Below are positions 8,886 to 17,494 of a DNA stretch of 44,323 nucleotides, piece after piece (the stretch's first letter is position 1; each line of letters starts with the position of its first letter). The notes under the pieces were generated by a model. It worked only from the letters and a program-made list of their open reading frames with translations. It searched no databases and had not been told where the DNA came from. This DNA comes from an uncultured Christensenella sp. (GTDB lineage: Bacteria > Bacillota > Clostridia > Christensenellales > UBA1242). The stretch covers positions 1 through 44,323 of the forward strand of contig CAJKWP010000002.1 of the NCBI GenBank assembly GCA_905203645.1, read 5' to 3'. The position numbers and the translations under genes were made by a program.

Positions 8886-8930
8886 TACATCAAGAATGAG
8901 TGTAAACCAATATCTTGATGTGTTTTTTTT
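8886..8930 (+). terminator. rho-independent terminator after dfx
   Basis: ACATCAAGA-loop-TCTTGATGT followed by GTTTTTTTTT. Confidence 0.8.
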
Positions 8931-8947
8931 TGTTAGTTTATGAATAT

Positions 8948-9382
8948 TTACATTTCGATTGAATTTTGTTTCTCAAGTCTGCGTGAAAAACTGCGACATA
9001 CATTTTTCAAAATTTCTTGCGCTCTTTCTTCGGACAAATCAGAACTTACTTTTTCAACCATTTCTGCAAACACTGAAAGTTGTTCATTATCCAGTTTTAC
9101 ACCTCTCAATCCGCCATAAAGGTGATGTGGCTTTCTGTAACGATTGTTTTTTCTTACTTTGTTTACAAAAAAGCCATGTTCAACAATTTGGTTTATCAAA
9201 ATATCGCAATTTACTGCAAATTTTTGTGTAGGAATGGCTTTGAGTTTGTTTCCGACCTTTTTTACAAGTACAAAATTTGGCACTTTTGCAATTTCAAGTT
9301 CGATAATATCTCCATAAACATCTTTTTTTGCATGCACCACGTTGTACACTTTTACTATTCTTAAATCTTCAATTTTTGTCAT
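8948..9382 (-). CDS. hypothetical protein (144 aa)
   Basis: ORF with an AAGGAG RBS. No motif recognised. Confidence 0.55.
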   Translation of the reverse strand: MTKIEDLRIVKVYNVVHAKKDVYGDIIELEIAKVPNFVLVKKVGNKLKAIPTQKFAVNCDILINQIVEHGFFVNKVRKNNRYRKPHHLYGGLRGVKLDNEQLSVFAEMVEKVSSDLSEERAQEILKNVCRSFSRRLEKQNSIEM

Positions 9383-9507
9383 TTCTCTCTCCTTTTGTGT
9401 GCTTTATTTTTATGACAGCAAATTTTATATCAACAAATCCAAAATGTCAACCCAAAAAAACAAAACGCAAATGGTTTTTTGTAAATTTACATTTTTTTGA
9501 AAACAAG

Positions 9508-9536
9508 TTGACAAAATACATATTTTGTAATAAACT
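9508..9536 (+). promoter_or_regulatory. candidate promoter for the tRNA-Arg region
   Basis: TTGACA (9508-9513), 17-nt spacer, TAAACT (9531-9536). Confidence 0.45.
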
Positions 9537-9557
9537 TATACCCGTCTTAAAAAAATG

Positions 9558-9654
9558 ACAAAACCTTTGGTTCCTTTTTGGTTTAACAAAAGAACAATAT
9601 CATTTTATATTTGCGCCCATAGCTCAACTGGATAGAGCGTTGGTCTACGGAACC
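9558..9654 (+). repeat. direct repeat copy 1 (upstream leader plus 5' 42 nt of tRNA-Arg)
   Basis: Aligns with 9758-9853 at a ~200-nt offset, with a few substitutions and one 1-nt indel. Identity stops after GGAACC in the 3' strand of the anticodon stem. Confidence 0.9.
9613..9654 (+). pseudogene. truncated tRNA-Arg(ACG), 5' half only
   Basis: GCGCCCATAGCTCAACTGGATAGAGCGTTGGTCTACGGAACC is identical to the first 42 nt of the intact gene. No T arm or 3' acceptor strand follows. Confidence 0.85.
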
Positions 9655-9757
9655 TGCTCGCCTGTTTGTGCTCTTTGGCACGTTTCGCCGTTGGCAAAAC
9701 ATGCGTTTTCGCACAATGGCTCCGCTCCCCAAAAATTTTTCAATTTTCGGGGTCCCC

Positions 9758-9853
9758 ACAAAACCTTTGGTTCCTTTTTGGTCTAATAAAAGAACGATAT
9801 CACATATATTTGCGCCCATAGCTCAACTGGATAGAGCGTTGGTCTACGGAACC
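9758..9853 (+). repeat. direct repeat copy 2 (leader plus 5' part of the intact tRNA-Arg)
   Basis: See copy 1. Confidence 0.9.
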
Positions 9854-9888
9854 AAAGGTTGGGAGTTCGAACCTCTTTGGGCGCACCA
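9812..9888 (+). tRNA. tRNA-Arg (anticodon ACG)
   Basis: Acceptor GCGCCCA/TGGGCGC, D arm GCTC/GAGC, anticodon stem TTGGT/ACCAA with loop CTACGGA (ACG at 9846-9848), T loop TTCGAAC, and an encoded CCA. Confidence 0.9.
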
Positions 9889-10192
9889 AAAAAAACTCAG
9901 TTGAACCCGTAGAAATATGTGGTTTTGCTGAGTTTTTTATTTATCTCTCCTATTTATCTGTGCCAATCGCCAGCCGTATCGTAGCAGCGTTTGGTCGCAG
10001 ATGTAAATGGAAAAAATTATTGCTTAAACAATTAAATAGTATGTTTTTTAGACTAGACATTTTGCTTAGTCTTTTTTGTTGTCTTAAATTTGATTTAATA
10101 CTGATTTGTGTTGTTCCTTTATTAGATATGGTAATTATTTTACAAGTGGCTTTTTAATATGATACACTAAATACAGAAAAAGGAGGAAAATA

Positions 10193-11716
10193 ATGGTAAA
10201 GAAAAAAACATTTTTAAAAATTGCAATATTAATGCTCTTTGTTTTTGCACCTATACTTGCTTTGTTTACAGCATGTGGGGGAAATGCACCAAAATATTTT
10301 TATTTCACTGTTGATGCTCTTCCAGCTCACATCGAAGAATTCTCCGTTTTAAGCACAACTGGTGGTAAAGGTTCAGACAATAAAGGTGAATTCTTAGTGA
10401 ATGGTGAGGTTGCTGAAGTTAAATTATTTATTGAAGAGGGCTACACCCTTGGAAGTTTAAAAGTTTTAAGCAACGGAGAAGAACTCCCTATCAATCAAGA
10501 AAGTGGCACAAATTGTTACAGAACAACTTTCACGCCGACAAAAAATTTTGTAATCACATTTACTGGGGCTGTTGCACCAAAAGTTGCAAACATTCGTCTT
10601 GCAGTTGGAGAAAAGCTGTATCCAAGATATCATGACAGAATCATGATTGAAATTGATAAATATGACTTGTTCGGACTTGAAAAAGGAAAGATGAGTTTTG
10701 CAGAATTTAAAAATGTTGGAAGTTCATTTGCTCAAATAAACTATGATATGCCAATTACAGTTTCAATTTATACAGTTGGTGCATATGATTTTGCAATACA
10801 CAAACAAAATAGCGTTCGTATTACTAATAGTGACAACTATACTGGAATTGGTTATAAAGAGCAAGTTGAAAAGATTATTGATGAAGAAAACCAAAAATAT
10901 GGTTATAAGCACACAATCAGATTTTCAAAAAATAACAATATTACAATTAATGACGATGTTAGAGAAGAATATACAGTTGATTTTGTTCATGACTGGGATA
11001 AGGTTTCAATAAATAATGATTTATTCACTCTTTCAGTGAATGGCGAAATTCGTGCCAAAACTTCAGATTATGAACTTATTCAAGGATTTATTAAGTTCTC
11101 AGATTTCACAGGAACAGATCTTCCAAAACTTAAGATTGATTTCCTAAAATATACAGATGAAAATTATAAAAACTTTTATGATGCTTTAACTTTTGATCTT
11201 GCTGGAACACAAGCACAAAGAAGTGCAGATGGCTCATATGTTGAGATTGAATTTGATAAATATTATAATTATAATTTTGAATATGATGTTTATGTTGTCT
11301 CAACAAACGCGCTAGAACTTTTAAAAACAATGAATATGGTTACAGAAAAAAGTTATCGAATTGTTGATAAAATTGAAATGAATGGAGCTGAAAATTCCTC
11401 GCAACATGGCTCTATTGATACTCCCGAGTTGATTAAAAACAAGTGTGTTGGAAGAGCAAACGGCGGAATCTTGTATTTCTTAAAAAATGAATATTTAACT
11501 TTCACAATTAATTTTTATAGTGAAGTTGATTATGAATTTGTTCGCTTTGGAGAAGTTCTTGTAAAGGTTAATAGCAGTTCGAACTCAGACGTTATTGTAA
11601 CAAAAGAGCAATATGACTATGATGGGGAAACAAAAGCAAGCCGATTTACAATTAAAGCGAGAGCAATTGTTGAAACTGAAAAGATAGAATTTTTCACAAA
11701 TAATCCAGATTTTTAA
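10193..11716 (+). CDS. lipoprotein (507 aa), function unknown
   Basis: AGGAGG RBS. Signal peptide MVKKKTFLKIAILMLFVFAPILALFTAC with lipobox LFTAC. Beta-rich mature part. Confidence 0.75.
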   Translation: MVKKKTFLKIAILMLFVFAPILALFTACGGNAPKYFYFTVDALPAHIEEFSVLSTTGGKGSDNKGEFLVNGEVAEVKLFIEEGYTLGSLKVLSNGEELPINQESGTNCYRTTFTPTKNFVITFTGAVAPKVANIRLAVGEKLYPRYHDRIMIEIDKYDLFGLEKGKMSFAEFKNVGSSFAQINYDMPITVSIYTVGAYDFAIHKQNSVRITNSDNYTGIGYKEQVEKIIDEENQKYGYKHTIRFSKNNNITINDDVREEYTVDFVHDWDKVSINNDLFTLSVNGEIRAKTSDYELIQGFIKFSDFTGTDLPKLKIDFLKYTDENYKNFYDALTFDLAGTQAQRSADGSYVEIEFDKYYNYNFEYDVYVVSTNALELLKTMNMVTEKSYRIVDKIEMNGAENSSQHGSIDTPELIKNKCVGRANGGILYFLKNEYLTFTINFYSEVDYEFVRFGEVLVKVNSSSNSDVIVTKEQYDYDGETKASRFTIKARAIVETEKIEFFTNNPDF

Positions 11717-11974
11717 ATTCGTTTAAATTCTGATTTTGAATCCCCCTCCCCATAAACACCCAGAAACTAGCAGAATAATTTAACCATTTTTATAGCACTC
11801 CTTTTATATTTGCTTTTGTTTGTGTCTTTGTATAACATTTCTCGCATAAGTCAATGGAAAAAAATATTTCTAAACAATTAAACATATCTTTTAAATTATA
11901 TAGATAGACCAGGTTTTTAACAAAGACTTCAATGCAATATTTTGTTTCTTTATCCTTGACTTCTGCAAATGATA

Positions 11975-12154
11975 TCAAGATGAAAGATTATTCCCGAAAA
12001 GTGAATCGACACAAACATTGAACCAGCAAACGAAGATGCCGACCACATAAATCTTACGAGCAACACAAGATGGAACATTATTTTCAAACAAATCTTGCTT
12101 TGTTTTGCCTTGTTCTTCAAGTATATTTTCTACGAGTTTTATAAAGTTAACCAT
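11975..12154 (-). CDS. possible short HTH-like protein (59 aa); may be decayed
   Basis: ATG at 12154 (MVNFIKLVENILEEQGKTKQDLFENNV...) has GGAG 8 nt upstream. The sequence is unusually Cys/Trp-rich after residue 30. A second ORF, 11790..11978, continues in another frame, so a frameshifted gene cannot be excluded. Confidence 0.3.
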   Translation of the reverse strand: MVNFIKLVENILEEQGKTKQDLFENNVPSCVARKIYVVGIFVCWFNVCVDSLFGNNLSS

Positions 12155-12185
12155 TTTAATATCTCCGAATTTATAATTGTTCAAA

Positions 12186-12223
12186 GATATTATTGCCTAT
12201 TTTGGATATTATTGCCTATTTTG
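12186..12223. repeat. perfect tandem 19-bp direct repeat (x2), with a third degenerate copy at 12241-12258
   Basis: GATATTATTGCCTATTTTG GATATTATTGCCTATTTTG. TGCCTA(T/G)TTTGATGACA recurs at 12214-12230 and 12242-12258. It lies between the kinase stop and the small ORF start. Confidence 0.85.
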
Positions 12224-12244
12224 ATGACAAACACTTGCAACTGC

Positions 12245-13609
12245 CTAGTTTGATGACATATAATATTGCATTTCAATAACAACTTTAAATCCATTATCCT
12301 TGGATATAATCAATTCTCCGCCAAGAGTTTCGGCATTTAATCGCATACCTTTTATTCCTGTGCCTTCGATTATTGATTTATTTGCAAATTTGCCGTTATC
12401 GTAAATTTCAATTTTGTTATCTGAAATATTTACGAACAGTTTTGTTGCGTTGGCATGACGAATCGCGTTTGTCGCACATTCTCTTATAATTTTAACAAGT
12501 GCTTTTGCTTTTGGTGTTTCTTTTGGTATTTCACCTGAAATTTCAATATTAAAGCCAATCATTTCAAAGGCTGTTACAATGGAATTTTTCAAATTTTGAG
12601 TTTCGGATATATCCTCATTATCAATTTCATCAAGCATTGTTTTAAGCAAACTTTTAACGCTGTTTAGGTCAAAATTCTTTTCATCAATCACATCTAAAAT
12701 GTGATGTAAAATAAACAACCTTTGACCGATTATGTCGTGCAATTTGCTTTTAAGTGTCAAAACTACTTTTTGTTTTTCAATTTCGTCAAGATTTTCAATC
12801 ATTTGCAAAATTTCTGTTTGTTTTGTTTTAAGTTCGTTTTGTTTGTTTTCAATCTCAATGGTTGTTGAATATTCTTTTGTTATATCAAACGCATAAATTT
12901 GAGTTTTTGATTGCTTAATTATTGAAAATGAATATACTTTTTTATCTGAAAACACCAAAATATTTTGCTCGTCTATAATTTTGGAATTTTCTCTTGACTT
13001 AAGACTTTGCCAAATTTCAAAAGAACTTTGATTTTGTTTAATTTTAAGTTTTTCAAGCAAGGTTTTCATTGCAAGGTTTTCATAAATCACATTAAACTCA
13101 CTTTCAAACATTACAGCCGTTTTAAGTCCGTCCAGTGCTTCTTTTAAAGAATAATAATTTATGTTGCTTTTTAGTTTAGTTAAAGAGTTTAATAAACTTG
13201 TCAGCAATTTTGCAAATAGATAAACGACACTTATAACGATAAACACAACCGAAAGTGTTTCATTTGCATATTTCCAAAAAGGCAAAAGCATAATTAAAAA
13301 TGAGAAATCTATTGCAAGTTTATAGTCTTTTTTTGCTAGCATTAGCGATAACTCGAACACCAAAATCAATGCACTATAATATGCTAAAATCTCGCAAATT
13401 GGCGTGTTTTTAAAGTTATAGAATATAAATGCCCAAATAACGCAAAGAGCAATATTTAAAACTCTGCAAACAACAAAAAGGTCAATTTTAAGTTTTCTAT
13501 TAGAAAACATTTCACAAAGTAATGTAATTGTTAAAAATATTGTGGAAGCAAATAGCAAAACAACCATAAGAGACTGCATTTCGTTGTTTAAAATGGATAA
13601 ATAACTCAT
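12245..13609 (-). CDS. sensor histidine kinase, HisKA_3 (NarL/LiaS-type) class, multi-pass membrane N-terminus
   Basis: H-box LHDIIGQRLFIL, N-box ECATNAIRHANA, G-boxes DNGKF...GTGIKGMRLNAETLGGEL, and about 5 N-terminal hydrophobic segments. I chose ATG 13609 because GGAGG lies 7 nt upstream and it forms an ATGA overlap with the upstream stop. The track ORF starts at 13615. Confidence 0.85.
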   Translation of the reverse strand: MSYLSILNNEMQSLMVVLLFASTIFLTITLLCEMFSNRKLKIDLFVVCRVLNIALCVIWAFIFYNFKNTPICEILAYYSALILVFELSLMLAKKDYKLAIDFSFLIMLLPFWKYANETLSVVFIVISVVYLFAKLLTSLLNSLTKLKSNINYYSLKEALDGLKTAVMFESEFNVIYENLAMKTLLEKLKIKQNQSSFEIWQSLKSRENSKIIDEQNILVFSDKKVYSFSIIKQSKTQIYAFDITKEYSTTIEIENKQNELKTKQTEILQMIENLDEIEKQKVVLTLKSKLHDIIGQRLFILHHILDVIDEKNFDLNSVKSLLKTMLDEIDNEDISETQNLKNSIVTAFEMIGFNIEISGEIPKETPKAKALVKIIRECATNAIRHANATKLFVNISDNKIEIYDNGKFANKSIIEGTGIKGMRLNAETLGGELIISKDNGFKVVIEMQYYMSSN

Positions 13610-15297
13610 AAGCATTCCTCCTTAAAACAAACGATTGTGCTATCTTCTTCCAAAGTGAAAATATATTCCATTTTATATTCATTAGGTAAATTTAGTTCTG
13701 GTTTTTCAAGCCTTATATCATCAAAAGTGATTTCAAACTCCCAAACATCTCTCTTTTTGATTGTTAGCCAAATATCTAGGTTCTCTTTTTTAATTTTTGT
13801 AAACAGTTCGTTGTATATATCATAAAATTTGTTGGCAATGCTAACTGGAATGGGTTTTTCATCAAGCCCAATACCAGCGTTTATATTAAGACATTTAATG
13901 TCATTAAAACTTTCATTGAACAAGAGTTTTAATTCATCTTTTGTGATTTCTTGCTTTTGTTCAGCAAGAAGAATAAGGCTTGTTTTTCGTTTTAAGTAGC
14001 CCACAATGATTTTTATTTCATTTAAAGTTTCTTTTGTCTGTTCTTTGTTTTCAGTGGTTATGGTTTCTGGCAAATTGTTTAACAATTTTTCAAGCACATT
14101 TTTCTTGTTTTTTATTTGTTTTTCCACTTTATCTAAAAGCAAAGCGTGTTGTTTAATTTGTTTTTCTTTTTGCAAAACTTCTTTTTTGTTTTCCAAAATT
14201 TTGTTTATATATTCAAGTTTTTCATTTTCGGTTTTAAGTTCTTTTTGCAAAGATTTAAGTTTTTCAACATCATCAAGCACCAAAAGTGTACCAGAATTTA
14301 ATTTTTGCTTTTGTAAAAGCATATTGCTATTTGTTTTTTGCTTGCGATATTGCGTGTTTTGATATTCAATATCTTGCATTTCATTCACTATTGCAAGTGG
14401 CACATTGCATGTTTCAAAAAATTCAAAATATGCTCCGCTGTTTTTAACAAGTCCACATTTTAGCGAAATATACACAAGCATTGTTCCTAAAATTGTATAA
14501 ACAAGCGTCATATCCGCAAGATATGGAACAGCAATATCTGTAACAACATACAAAATGCTATAAACTAAAACTAGCAAAATAACAACACTTGGCAAAATCT
14601 TTTGCTTTATGGTTGCTTTTTTGTTTGAAAAAGTATAAAACAATACAATTGTAGTTAAAATTTCAAGGAAAATAAAGGCGTAGATAATAAAATAGCCAAT
14701 ATTATATTCGTAGTTGCTTGAATGAGAACCAATTTCGCCATCAGGGAAAATAAAAACAAATTGATGAAAATCGTTTGTTAAAACAAGCAATAATAAAAGT
14801 AGGGATATGGCAAGCGAAATTATTGCAACAACCTTTTTATATGTTTTGTTTTTGATATAAATTTGATTGTTTGTTATAAACCACATACTAGGGATAAAAA
14901 GAAGTGGAATATATAAAAGATACCAAGTATAATCATTGTTATCATTAAAAGCCGACACTTTGTCAAAAATTTTAATACCCAGCCAAAAAGCAAACAAGCA
15001 AAACAAAATGATAAAATATATTTTTGTCTTTTTATCAATTGTTTTGATAATTGCACCAAACATTACAACAGATAAAACAACTGCCACCAAACAGTAAATA
15101 AAAACATTTGCTTTTTTATTGCTTTCAGTGGGGTCAGTTTTGCCAAAAACAAGTGCAAAAATTATGCAAAGCACAACACCCAGCACAACCCCACCAATAA
15201 TTAAGTTCCTTTTGCAAAATAGTTTATTCATAAGTTCATTATAGCATAAAATATCAGCTTTTCCATAAATAAATGCAAATAAAGTTGTAAACAACAC
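13606..15297 (-). CDS. multi-pass membrane protein with long coiled coil and no kinase motifs (sensor-like partner of the kinase)
   Basis: About 9-10 hydrophobic segments, then a Lys/Glu-rich coiled coil (LKSLQKELKTENEKLEYINKILENKKEVLQKEKQIKQ...) and a ~130-aa C-terminal domain. I could recognise no H/N/G boxes. Start ambiguous: GTG 15297 or ATG 15231. Confidence 0.65.
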   Translation of the reverse strand: MLFTTLFAFIYGKADILCYNELMNKLFCKRNLIIGGVVLGVVLCIIFALVFGKTDPTESNKKANVFIYCLVAVVLSVVMFGAIIKTIDKKTKIYFIILFCLFAFWLGIKIFDKVSAFNDNNDYTWYLLYIPLLFIPSMWFITNNQIYIKNKTYKKVVAIISLAISLLLLLLVLTNDFHQFVFIFPDGEIGSHSSNYEYNIGYFIIYAFIFLEILTTIVLFYTFSNKKATIKQKILPSVVILLVLVYSILYVVTDIAVPYLADMTLVYTILGTMLVYISLKCGLVKNSGAYFEFFETCNVPLAIVNEMQDIEYQNTQYRKQKTNSNMLLQKQKLNSGTLLVLDDVEKLKSLQKELKTENEKLEYINKILENKKEVLQKEKQIKQHALLLDKVEKQIKNKKNVLEKLLNNLPETITTENKEQTKETLNEIKIIVGYLKRKTSLILLAEQKQEITKDELKLLFNESFNDIKCLNINAGIGLDEKPIPVSIANKFYDIYNELFTKIKKENLDIWLTIKKRDVWEFEITFDDIRLEKPELNLPNEYKMEYIFTLEEDSTIVCFKEECL

Positions 15298-15316
15298 TAA
15301 TTTTTAAATATGCAAC

Positions 15317-15348
15317 AAAAAAATCACACCGATTAAAGTGTGATTTTT
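15317..15348 (-). terminator. rho-independent terminator after the 647-aa lipoprotein gene
   Basis: AAAAAAATCACAC-loop-GTGTGATTTTT (symmetrical, T-run on the minus strand). Confidence 0.75.
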
Positions 15349-15361
15349 ATTATTTAGATTA

Positions 15362-17305
15362 TTACCAAGAAACATAGAAGCTTATAGGTTTTGAAGAAAC
15401 AGAAGCACTAGCTTCGGCTGTTTTTGTTAATTTGAGAACAAGTGTGTATGTTCCAGCTTCAGAAAGTGTGAATGTGTTAACACCGGCTGTTGCAATTGGT
15501 TTTCCGGTTGTCTTATCGAAAACCGCGTAAGCATTTTCTCCAGCATATCCACCAGCATAATCACTTGGGTAGATAGTGAATGTTGTTGATTGTATTATGG
15601 TTACAGTAAATTCAAGATATCTACATTCGCCAACATTCAATAATTTTTCTGAACTCTTGTTAGTATAATTTTTTCCACTTAGTGATGTTAACGCCTCAAG
15701 CTTTTCATAATCTACTTTTGTAAAGGTTTTGTTAAGAAGTTTTGTTTTTGCATCATTTTCTGTAAAACCTGGTGTTTCAAATGAAATGTCTACTGTTTCT
15801 CCTGCCAATGCAATATTTAAACAAGATGACGAAGAGCTGCCAGAAACACTACCCTTATTAAGTTTAATATCTTTAACTTTCAAAGGAATATTAACTCCTT
15901 CGCAAATCAAATAGTCACCAACTCGCAAGGTTCCAGTTGTAATTTGGTACATTGTGATAGTTGGATATGGAGGGGTTACATAACCTATCCAATTAACATT
16001 ACTCTCAGTTTGGTTGGTTCCAGTAACAACAGGTGCTTCATTGGTATAAACAACAATGCTTATGCTAAGGGTTGATTTATTTGGAATTGGTTTAAAGTTT
16101 TTGTTGTCAAATTCCAAACCTTCGAATTCGCCGTTTGTTTTTGCAATACTATATCTTCCTTGATTTTTGTATTGTTCGCCATATGCACGAAGAGTCAGCG
16201 TTACATTTGATGGAAGACTAGCGTCAGTAACTTCATATGTTTCCAAGGTTATATAATTGTTAGAAGTTGTTTGTTTTTCTTTTATGAACGAAATGCCAAC
16301 TCTAACTTCGATTTGCTTGATAACATAATCTGTTTTTGCAACTTCGCCTTTTAGGTAAGTAGCATTTCCTCTGCAGTAGATTCTTACTTCATAAGTTCCT
16401 GCATTTGTTGGTGCAGTTGTGGTATAGGTGCTATCGTTTGCGCCTTTCACTTTGTATTGAATTTCGCAAAGGTCTTTGATTGCTTCATCAACTGAGTATT
16501 TGGTTGAGGCAACACCTTGTGCTCCAGCATTGTATGTTTTTGCTGAAAGTGTGCCAAATGAACCTTTTCCAGTCAAACTTCTTACATAGCCACAATCGTT
16601 ACAATCAACGTCATTTTCGTCATCATATCTGTGCGAAAGTCCTGTTTCTGTTTTTTGTGTATGTTTTTCTGCGCCACAAATAGATTGGCGTCCGTGGGTG
16701 AATTCACCTTCTGATGTATATTCCCAAATGTGATTTTCTTCGTTTCTTGTCTTCGCTTCGTGTTGAGCGCAAGTTGTTTCTTCCCAGTGCTTTGTGTCAT
16801 CAGTTTTCCATGCCCAAGAATGATTTTCTTCGTTTCTTGTCATCACCTCGTGTTGAGCGCAGGTTGTTTGTTCCCAATGGTATACGTTATCACATTTCCA
16901 TTCCCAAGTATGGTTTTGCTCGTTTCTTGTTAATGGGGTTTCGTGTTCGCAAGTTGTTTGCTCCCAATGTTTTGTGTCATCACTTTTCCATTCCCAAGAA
17001 TGTTCGCCAGTGCCTTCAACTGTTCTGTCTTTTTGATATTGACAGGTTGAGCAAGTGCCTGTTTCCACTTTGTCAGTGTGGACACCAGCAGGGGTCTTTT
17101 CAACCCAAACAAAGTCATGATCCGCTAAGTCGCTTTTTTCTTCACAATTTTTGTCTGTGCAATCATGCCAATGTTGTGATTCTGTTTTTGTCCAATCACT
17201 ACTGAATGAATGTTCGTGTTTCCCGCAAGCCGAAAACAAAAACATTGCGGGCACAAATAACATAAATGCTAATACAAATGCCCAAATTGATTTTTTCTTT
17301 GTCAT
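15362..17305 (-). CDS. lipoprotein (647 aa) with His/Trp/Cys-rich tandem repeats and Ig/MBG-like C-terminal region
   Basis: AAGGAG RBS. Start trimmed to MTKKKSIWAFVLAFMLFVPAMFLFSAC (lipobox). Three 30-aa repeats H-x-W-x-W-K-x-D-x3-HWE-x-TTC-x-x-HE-x3-TRNE-x-N. Later AGTYEVRIY...YVIKQIEV (MBG-like). Confidence 0.8.
   Translation of the reverse strand: MTKKKSIWAFVLAFMLFVPAMFLFSACGKHEHSFSSDWTKTESQHWHDCTDKNCEEKSDLADHDFVWVEKTPAGVHTDKVETGTCSTCQYQKDRTVEGTGEHSWEWKSDDTKHWEQTTCEHETPLTRNEQNHTWEWKCDNVYHWEQTTCAQHEVMTRNEENHSWAWKTDDTKHWEETTCAQHEAKTRNEENHIWEYTSEGEFTHGRQSICGAEKHTQKTETGLSHRYDDENDVDCNDCGYVRSLTGKGSFGTLSAKTYNAGAQGVASTKYSVDEAIKDLCEIQYKVKGANDSTYTTTAPTNAGTYEVRIYCRGNATYLKGEVAKTDYVIKQIEVRVGISFIKEKQTTSNNYITLETYEVTDASLPSNVTLTLRAYGEQYKNQGRYSIAKTNGEFEGLEFDNKNFKPIPNKSTLSISIVVYTNEAPVVTGTNQTESNVNWIGYVTPPYPTITMYQITTGTLRVGDYLICEGVNIPLKVKDIKLNKGSVSGSSSSSCLNIALAGETVDISFETPGFTENDAKTKLLNKTFTKVDYEKLEALTSLSGKNYTNKSSEKLLNVGECRYLEFTVTIIQSTTFTIYPSDYAGGYAGENAYAVFDKTTGKPIATAGVNTFTLSEAGTYTLVLKLTKTAEASASVSSKPISFYVSW
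16733..17002 (-). repeat. three in-frame ~90-bp tandem coding repeats
   Basis: Encodes HSWEWKSDDTKHWEQTTCEHETPLTRNEQN / HTWEWKCDNVYHWEQTTCAQHEVMTRNEEN / HSWAWKTDDTKHWEETTCAQHEAKTRNEEN. Confidence 0.9.
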
Positions 17306-17377
17306 ATTTTTCTCCTTATATTTTAATTTTTGTGAAATACAAGAAGAAAATCTATCAATCTTCTTTTTCACATTTTC

Positions 17378-17386
17378 ATTATATCA
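17378..17386 (-). promoter_or_regulatory. extended -10 box (TGATATAAT) for the 647-aa lipoprotein gene
   Basis: Minus strand reads TGATATAAT. No -35 consensus. The 46-nt element ends 19 nt upstream. Confidence 0.55.
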
Positions 17387-17405
17387 TATAATCATCAAAA
17401 TTGTT

Positions 17406-17451
17406 TGGGACTTAAGTCTAAATTTTTGTTCAAAAAAAAGGACAAAAGTCC
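17406..17451 (-). promoter_or_regulatory. 46-nt conserved palindromic element, copy 1
   Basis: TGGGACTTAAGTCTAAATTTTTGTTCAAAAAAAAGGACAAAAGTCC is 45/46 identical to 19901-19946. It contains the GACTTAAGTC palindrome and GGAC/GTCC half sites. On the minus strand, GGGACTTTTGTCC plus T8 could also terminate the upstream 162-aa gene. Confidence 0.7.
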
Positions 17452-17494
17452 CTTTTTGTGTTTTTGTTTTATTCCATATCAAGTGTGGTATATT

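Noticed and set aside
9655-9811. Group I intron or split tRNA explanation for the interrupted tRNA-Arg
   Set aside because: The break lies in the anticodon stem, not the loop. The intervening sequence is far too short for a group I intron. The downstream copy is a complete, independent tRNA preceded by its own duplicated leader.
9583-9904. 78-aa ORFs on both strands across the tRNA-Arg region
   Set aside because: They overlap the tRNA and its duplicated 5' half, with no RBS. They are artefacts of the GC-richer RNA gene.
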